This document shows positions 55,321-64,000 of a stretch of DNA of 64,000 nucleotides, one piece after another (position 1 is the first letter of the stretch; each line of letters begins with the position of its first letter). The notes beneath the pieces are model-generated. The model was given only the letters and a program-made list of their open reading frames with translations. It did not search any database and was not told where the DNA came from. Source of the stretch: Hypanus sabinus (lineage: Eukaryota); assembly GCF_030144855.1 (NCBI RefSeq), contig NC_082732.1:26412001-26476000 (forward strand), written 5' to 3'. The translations under genes were made by a program, and so were the position numbers.

Positions 55321-58300
55321 ATGGCACAGTGGTACCTCACGCCTCCTTTCCTCCTTATCTTGGCTTTTGATGTTCTGAGCCAGGTTTGTGCTCTGGAAGC
55401 TGACTCCAGAGATAAGAAGAGCACACTGCAGCCAGCCAACACCAACAACAATCTGAAGAGACATGACTCTTGGCCAGACTTGCCCAGAACAGGCCGCAAA
55501 CATGGCGTACAGAGGAAGGACAAGGCCAACACTATGGTGACCAGAGTGATGGAGGCAGAGAGACCCGATGAAGACGGCGTAGGACTGGAGAGTCTAACAC
55601 CAGTGCGTGTGGAGACAGACAGTCTAGAGAGAGCAGCCATGCTGGAAGAGGGAGCAGGGGATCAGAGTGGCCAGTTTTATCCCCGAGAATTAGAAAATTA
55701 CCGGACAGTGGAATCTGCAAGTAAAGGGAAAAAACACAGCAGAGATCACAAGAAGCAAAATCGGAGAGAGCGAGGACGACATAATAAGGGTAAGAAGGAC
55801 TTGGGGATGCTCTGGTGTATAGGTTTTTTTAAAATCTTAAATGAACTGGAAAGATTCTCTAGTATTGGACATACCTGGCAGAAATTAAGTTGTAAAACAA
55901 AATATACTAAAATTAAAATAATATGCTAACATTTTAGAAAAATCTAACTCTAATATTGATGGCTCTAGTGTTTGTATTTCTCTTGAAAGACATAATTTAA
56001 AAAAAATAATAAAACCAAAAAGGGGTTTCCTAACTGACAGTTTTACAGTCTTTCCGTAATATTCTGTCTCAGTTGACCATTGAGTTCCAACCCTTCATAA
56101 ACTGTGGTCCAGCAGAATTCTGCTGCCCCTAGTTTGTTCCTTGGCAAGTTCTGCTCATCCATTCCCTCTGTCTTTCACAGTTTTCAATTTAAAACTTGCA
56201 TTGCTACATTTAAATCCTGCACTTCCCATCTCTGAAACATCTTTTTTCTAGTTTAATAACTTAATTCTTCAAACTGTAGTCTCCTTCATATTGTTCATAC
56301 ATTCCTCTCCTTGTCCCACATTTAGCACCTTTGCCTTCAACCACCAATATAATTGTTAACGTTTTTCTCTCTCAACTCCATTTAAAAAGATATTCTCTTT
56401 AAAATCTTCTTTGAAATGCACGTATTTGATCAATGCCTTGATTGCCTGTTCTAATTTGCTCTTTGTTTAACTAGCCTTGTTTTTATACTCTTAGTTATAC
56501 AAAGTAAGCAGTATATACATTAGTCTACCAGCCTTCATCTTTTCCTTTTTCCATACTTTCTTCCTGCATTCTATTCCTTTCACAGCCTTATTTTGTCCAT
56601 GTAACTCTCATTTTCAGAATGCTTTCAAATCAGCTTTGCCTCTTACTTCCTCTGCTGCCACTTTCCCCTTTCTTTGCTCACCACACGATTCATTGCCTCG
56701 TCTTTTAATTTCTCTCTCTCTCCTCTTCTCCCTCAGTCTCTTTATCTCTTTTTTTCCTTCCCTCTTAATGTGTTAAGTCTCCATGTTTTCAGACCCTCCT
56801 CTCGTCCAACCACATACTTTTCTTTCAGGGCATATGTCATTTTATGGTTAAATAAGGTTATTGCTCATGAAACCGATTGCAAATTTGGTCGTAACTTTGC
56901 TAGAAAGGCTAGCTGTTCTCTATCTGCTCTACCCCCATCCTTGCTTGGGGGCAGGGTGGGGTGGGGTGGTGGTGGTGGGGGGTGGGGTTTGCTGCCTTCC
57001 ATCTGCACGCTATCTGCTATGGTTAAATCCAGTGTCTATACGTATTCTATTTGTATCTCCTTTACTCCTGGCTTTGGATATTCCATGCCTGCAATGTGAA
57101 TAAATGTGCATTTTAAAGCAAAAGTAAAGGACAGAGTAAAAAAAAGAGAAAAATTGTAAAGATTTGAACAGGAGTATTCTTGCTGCGGTTTGTTTAAAAT
57201 CTCACCTCTTTGTTCATTATGAGAAATAATAATCTGATATCATGAGGGAGCTCAGATCCCACTGACAACTCTTTTTGAATTCCAGCTGCATGGGTGATTG
57301 GATAGGTCGGCCCCCTATGGTGAGAATTTAAAACCCACTGCACAGCTCCCTCCTATGCAGCCTAATTTGGTGCAGCTGAAGGCGAGAGCCTTAAAGGGAT
57401 GTGCATTGCCTTCTATAACCACACCTGCGCCTACCTGATTCTATTATTCCGAGCAACACTCTGGCTGCATGTCACAGTCACAGCTGACACGCAGAGCTGG
57501 TGGTCCCTAAACACTGGTCATGCTCCAGGAAAGCAATTTTTTGCTGTACAGTCTATTTGTTTGTATTTTATTTGTAACCGGCATGCTGGTCACACTGTGC
57601 TGGTTGTTCTTAAAGAAGGCAAATTGCTTCCAAGTTTTCTATAGCAGTTGCGAGCTTTAATTGTAGTGAAGAACTGCTCTGTAATTGTTTCCAATAACAT
57701 ATTGAAAGCAGCAAAAGATCATCCTGATCTACTTTTATGCATAGCTCAGGCACCTTTGCACTTCACAAGGTTACTGCGAGGCCAAGACTTTTGTGACCAA
57801 GGCTGTGAGTATTTTGTGCCCTCCTGGGCCCTGTGGATTGATGAGATAGTTCCTCCAAAATTAATCTCAATGATCAATGAATTCTTCCACAAAATCACCG
57901 ACTGTCAGCATGAGATCATTAAAAGGATATCAAATAACAAGCAGTGTAGAGTTTAAATAAAAAAACCCAGCATGTTTTAATCAACTGTTTCCACCAACTT
58001 AATATCTGCAGGGAGCCTTGTGATAGTCTGGTGGCTTTATCAAAGATCAGTGGATTTCCCTGGTGAACTCAACATTCAGCATTTCAAGTTCAAGTTCAGG
58101 TTTATTGTCATATTTTGGTTGTACCTATATACAAACAAACAAACCAATATTTCTCTGGACCACGGTGCACGCACAGAACCAATATCACACACAACACATG
58201 AAGCAAAATATTACCACAAATAAGTTAATAAAATATAATTCAAAGTGGACATTGTGTGCAGCACAGGTGGACAGTAAGCAGTAAGCAGCTCCTTGTGACG

Positions 58301-61300
58301 AGACCTCACTGGTGGCAGGATCACATTAGTCTCACATCCTGAGCAAAGAAGCTGTTAGCCAGTGTGGCAGTCCTAGTCATTTATTAACAAAATCATATGT
58401 TCATTTCCTCATTGAAGCTTTCCTCCAAATTAAGTGCCACATTTCAACATTTCACCCTGCCTTTAACATTCTAAGGTATTACTGTCATTAAGTCCCCCAT
58501 TGCCAACATCCTGAAACTCACCTGGTCCTCTGCATGTAGCATTTGTACAAGAGAAGGTACTGGATACTTTGCAGCGTGTTACTCATATTCCAGAGATTTT
58601 CTGCTCTTCTTCAAGAACGTGATGGAACAGTCACCTCGTGCCTGTATGTGTGGAGCTCCAACAACTCTAAAGAAATTTACTGGTGTTCAAGATAGAGCAG
58701 CATAGCACCACCTACCAATGGCTCTAAACTTTCACTCCTTTCACCATCAGCTCATTAGCTGTGGTATATACCACTTATTAAATCCATTGCAGTTGTTTAA
58801 TGAAGCTTTGTAAACAGACCCTCCGAAACCATGGCTTCTACCACCTCTGAAGACAAAAGCACTTGACTGCACTGGTGGCTGCACCATCTTCAAGCTCTTC
58901 TGATTTGGAAATTTATTGCCATTCCTTCATCATTACTGGGCTAAGTCTTGGAAGATCCTGCCATTAACACCTTAAGGCATCCTCACCAGAAGGACTGCAG
59001 CAGTCCGAGAGTTGGAGTCCCTCACACCACCTTCGCACAAGGTTGTAGGGATGGGCCATGAACACTGGCCTTGCCAGAAGCAGTTATATAACTCAAATCG
59101 ATAAGAAAAAATACTTCATTTAATGTAAGATGTGTCAATGTATCCGGAGGTCATGAGATATTTTTCTTTTCTATGCAGATTTTTTTTTGCTTCTGGTGGG
59201 GTCCAATGCTGAAGTTATGCAGACATATCATAAACTGTTGAGTTAAATATGAGGGAAGTACAGTCTGTTATGTTTTCTAACTCCAAGATATAAAATTAAT
59301 TGAAAGAAAAACATGAAGCTGGGAGATGATTGTCTTTGTTTTGTTTTACTTTAGTGGGACGTGCTCATATGACTCGGTGGCATAATAACATACGCCATTC
59401 ATGTGTTTATCCTGGGAGACTGAGGAGGGTAGAGGCATGAGCCTGACCATAGTTGGTCTTTTCCCTTTTCCCTTAGCCAGTGTTCTTAATCTGAAACCAG
59501 ATTTCACATTGGAAATGCCAAACAAATATTAGTATGTTTGTGGTTGCCTGCTGCTGTAGCACATCCACTTTGAGGTTTGATATGTTGTATGTTCGGAGAT
59601 GTTCCTCTGCACACCACTGTTGTAACCGGTGGTTATTTGAGTGACTTTGCCTTCCTGTCAGCTTGAACCAGTCTGGACTTTTTTCTCTGACTTCTCATTA
59701 ATAGGATGTTTTCGCCCACAAAACTGCTGCTCACTGGATGTTTTGTTGTTTTTTGCACCATTCTCTGTGAAGTCTAGAGACTGTTGTGCATGAAAATCCC
59801 CAGAGATTAGCAGTTTCTGAGATACTCAAACCATCCTGTCTGACACCAACAATCATTCCATGGTCAAAGTCACTTAGATCACACTTCTTTCTCATTCTGA
59901 TGTTTGGTCTGAACGACAACTGAACCTCTTGACCATGTCTGTATGCTTTTATGCATTGAGTTGCTGCCATATGATTGGCTGACTAGAAATTAACAAACCA
60001 ATGCGCAGGTGTACCTAATAAAATGGCCACTGAGCATAAGTTATGTTAATTAAATCAAATAATTATTTCTTTAGCTTTTGCAGCAATGAACACTTTTATC
60101 TCAATGTGAGAGGGAAAATAACAGCCAGTCAGGTGACACATGACACAAACTGGAAACTACAAAATAAACACCAGATTGTGCAATTCTCTCTCAAGTCTCT
60201 TGTCACTGTGACCTTTTGTGCAGTAAAATTTTTGTTGCACAGCAAGTCCTTGGCACCCTACCGCACAAACGTGGACTTTACCCTATTGTTTCCCCACTTT
60301 CATGATGTCACCTAGTGAAACTTCATCAACGTTTTGGTCATTTGATTTTTTATAAGAGCATCTGATTAATCTGTCGTTTTATATATCCTCTTCCAGCATT
60401 GAAAGTCTCAGGAACTGAGTTAATTCCATCTGGAAGGGATCTAACACAAAGCAAGGTGATGGATGAGCTTTCTACTATGCCCTTACCTATGTCCAGTGCA
60501 ATTGTGACCAGTACATTGCTGACCACCATTACAACTGAGGAAGCACCAGCAGTAAAGCCTAGACAGCAAACAAGAGAACAGGTAAACCAATCCTACCTGG
60601 TCACTTTCCCATCACTCAAAACAGCCAATTTAGCTCCTTTCAACAGGAGTTTAATGGAGCAGGAATGTGATATTAGTGGAGAATCACGTTGTGAACCAAT
60701 TAAATCATGCTGCCATTAGCAGTTCATGATCTGCTCTCCCTCAGGGGTTTCTAAATCTCCAAGTCCGTCCTGTAAAACCACTGACATGACATGGAGAAAC
60801 AGTGGATATAGCAAAGGTTTGATCATCATCAGAAAAACATGGCACAATCTTCCAACAAGGAAATAATGAAAAAGAAAACTGAACATTTGCAATCTTAGCC
60901 AACAACAGGATTATTTTCCCAATGATTTAAATGTCTTTCACACACTGATACATTAACTATATTAATTACACACTTATGATATGGTTTTGTTGTAGATGGG
61001 TGTCCAATGCACTTCAAAAAGAAGGAAAAAGTTGGCCAGACTGTGGAGAGAATTAGATAAGGGTGAAGGCTTAGAAACTGATACATTGTGGGAATAACAT
61101 TGCTTGGAATTTTGATAAGCAGGCAGCACAAGGTAAGTTGCAAGGAGATGAATTTTACAGAGAGGAATTTATAAAGGTTAAAAAGAAATAATGTGAAAGA
61201 GCAAATAAAGTGCACAGGAATATTTTAGTTGTGACCAAGAAGGAGTCTTCAGCTTTTGTAGAGATGAAAATTAAGATTTTAGTGGCAGTTTGGGTTAGAT

Positions 61301-62944
61301 GCTTATATTTTAGTCATAGAGGATGTTGTTGGTTTTATTGATCTGGTTCAGGCAATTGAGGCTTTAGGCGGCATTTGGTTATAGCCCCTTTCACTGCCAC
61401 TATCAGGAAGAAAATACAAGATCCTCAGGTCCTACACTACCAGGTTCAGGAACAGTTATCAGCCATCAGGCTGTTGAACCAATGGGGATAATCTCACTCA
61501 CCCCATCACTGAACTGTTCTTACAACCTCTGGGATCACTTTCAAGGCCTCTTCATCTCATGTTCTTGATATTTATTGTTTATGTATTATTATTATTTCTT
61601 TTTTTCCTTTTTTATTTGCATGTTTGTTGTCTGCTGCACACTGCTTGTTTGTCCATCTTGTTCGGCGTGGTCTTCTTTGATTCTATTGTGTTTGGCTTGG
61701 CTTTACTGAGAAAATAAATCTCAGGGTTGTCTGTGGTGACATATATGTACTTTGATAATAAATTTACCTTGAACTTTGAAAGGAAAGTGGACAATGTAGA
61801 AATAACTGGCACTGTCTTTGCATTCCCAGGACATGAAGATTCCTAGCTTCAATTAAATCTTATATTTATTTGCAGAACATTTTTTAAAGTGTTAACTCAA
61901 CTTCCCAAACAGCCATAATGACATTTGCGGGTATTGCGAGACAGACATGTTTTTCTTCGGTGCCCAAGTGATAACATTTCATCAGGTTGAGATTCACGAG
62001 TCACTGCTTCACTGCCACTTGGTGATTTATCTCTGAATATTCTTTACAAGTTGCTATTTCTCCAGTCTTATTGCTGTCCATAAAAATATAATTTCTACCA
62101 ATCTAATTGGTGTAACTTTCTCTGCTCTTTCCTTTCATTATCCACTCAATTGTCCCGACCCTATGTATTTTTAATTTTTCTTTATTTAACTTCTTACACA
62201 ATTAATTACCTTCAAATGACTCTTCTCACTCCATTCTCCATTCATTTCTCTGTCTCCACTGCCCTCATCTCTGCCCCTCTCATCATTGCCCCGAGCTCAT
62301 GTAGGCCAGAGCAAGAACTGTCGCCGAGGTAAATCCTACTCTCGACATGACGCTCTTTGATTGGACAGATTATGAAGATATGAAGCCAGATATGTGGCCT
62401 TCAACAAAGAAGAAAGGTAACAAGTGGAGGCATGAAAGTATGTTGGTAGTGTGAATGGAGTGGGAAATGGGAATAAGTGTGCAAGGAGTGCGAGTATGTT
62501 TGGTTGTAGTGAGCCTTCCTCGGCATTCCTTATTTTGGAAGGGGAGAGACCATTGTATATCCACTTTGTGTGAAAATGTTTTTCTTAACATCACCCCTTC
62601 ACAGTGTTTTAATGTTGTTTCCATTTGATCTGAAGATCCCCACCAGAGGAAATAGTTTCTCTTCATCTACTCTGTTAATCCTCTAATTATCTTTTGTGTC
62701 TCATAAATCATCTATTCAGGAGGGTATACAAGTTTGCTCTGTGCAATCTGTCCTCAAAATGTAACTAGTTTAGCTATGGCTTGTTGAATCAGAGCAGCTG
62801 CACAATCAGCAGAAATATTTCCTGGTGAAGTGTTGATATCTATTTTCCTTGCAGACAAGCGTCGCAGCAAGAACTTGAGTAATGGGAACATCACATCCCA
62901 GGCTGAAGCAGAACCATGTGATCATCACCTCGACTGTCTGCCTG
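55321..62944 (+). CDS. DRAXIN: Draxin (dorsal inhibitory axon guidance protein), first 4 coding exons; 3' exons beyond the window
   Basis: Exons 55321-55789, 60397-60581, 62305-62416 and 62855-62944 with consistent phases. Signal peptide [24 protein letters not shown]. Hallmark motifs [36 protein letters not shown] and [12 protein letters not shown]. Divergent from MAD2L2 as in human. Confidence 0.93.
59535..60034 (-). mobile_element. Tc1-like transposon remnant
   Basis: Terminus GTGTACCTAATAAAATGGCCACTGAG and the N-terminal transposase remnant [17 protein letters not shown]...LSISETA. Confidence 0.7.
61385..61780 (+). mobile_element. LINE-3'-end-derived interspersed repeat
   Basis: ACCAGGTTCAGGAACAGTT remnant, then AATAAA and a TTGAACTTTGA tail. 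Related tails occur on the minus strand near 16740 and 58085. Confidence 0.5.
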
Positions 62945-64000
62945 GTACCCACATCATTTTTAACTATTCTGAGGTTTTAATGTATTGCTCATAGTCATTT
63001 TAATAATGTCTGAATCAGCCATTTACACTCAGAAATCTATCACCACCTATCTTTACTGGCAAACACAAAGAACCAGTTAAAGTCAAAGATGAAAGTACTG
63101 GCTATTGGACGCATACATATATATATAATTTGGGATGTGTGTGACTGACAACAATATGGTTAACGTGCTGTCCCCTGTTTGATATCATGACATTATTGCT
63201 GTTTGATTGAAAGGACACTGAGTGGTGCATGCATCTTAATGCTGTCACTAGTCTGCTTTTTGCTGTGCTGTCAATGCAGGGAAAGTGAAAGAGACACAGA
63301 CAACAAGCTTTGAGTGGCAGCAAGTTGGTTCATTAGTAGCATCTTGTCTTCAGTTCTAGTTAGGCTGAGTGAGAGCCTACAACGTGAGAAACTGTGCTCT
63401 TCAAATGAGATGTTCACTTGAATACCATCGTGGATGTATGTTAAAATTGAGCAACAACAATCCTCTTCAGTAGTTTGGACAAATATTAATCTCGGGGCCA
63501 CATTGTACATAAATTAGTTGCTACATTTCCTGAAGAGTCAAAGTGACTGCACTACAAAATCACTTAATTGGCTATGATCATCCTGGAGGTACTATGATCT
63601 TTATTGAAGGTACTATGATCATCTTATGATTATCCTGGAGGTACAATCTAAATGGAAGCTTCTTACTTTTAAAAGAAATTGGGTTATAGATTATACAGTT
63701 AAACCTCTATTAGCCTGGTATACCCCAACATAAACCCAGAAAGTGTTAAGCTAATTCTTTGATAATTCTGTGCTTCATTCAACACCCTTGTACTGCAGAC
63801 TTTTCTCTGAACATACTCTATATACTGAGGCTATTTAACAGAGACTGAGAAATCCAGAGGGAGATTCATTAAGATTAATTGTTGAACACAATAATCTAAT
63901 GATTTGGAGAACTGGGGAGATTAACTGTGAATGCTGCAGGCTGCAAAACATTGGCACATTGGAGTTACCAACTCAGGCAAGAAACAAAGGCGCACTGGAT

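Noticed and set aside
55234-55929. 231-aa single-exon ORF
   Set aside because: It is the DRAXIN first coding exon (55321-55789) read through into flanking intron.

Overview
Eukaryotic vertebrate genomic DNA, not microbial. The repeat landscape suggests a cartilaginous fish, probably a ray (inference). Five protein-coding genes were rebuilt by hand from GT-AG splice sites and protein recognition: EMC1 exon 1 (-, runs off the left edge), MRTO4 (+, complete, 8 exons, 234 aa), an AKR7A2-like aldo-keto reductase (-, complete, 7 exons, ~346 aa), MAD2L2/REV7 (-, complete, 8 coding exons, 211 aa) and DRAXIN (+, first 4 coding exons, runs off the right edge). Introns and intergenic DNA are packed with transposable elements: nested CR1 LINEs, Rex-Babar-like and R4/Dong-like LINE fragments, a Penelope-like element with inverted termini, a composite hAT transposon, an IR/DR Tc1 transposon, a solo LTR and V-SINE-like copies. 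The most interesting signals are (1) minimal hammerhead-ribozyme motifs in Penelope terminal repeats, with one intact core lying sense in AKR7A intron 2; (2) a near-perfect but 5'-truncated tRNA-Asn joined to a LINE fragment in the AKR7A promoter, at an apparent synteny junction; (3) a hAT element that appears to have moved using a borrowed end. I see no evidence of a wholly new multi-gene system. All family calls come from motif recognition, with no database searches.
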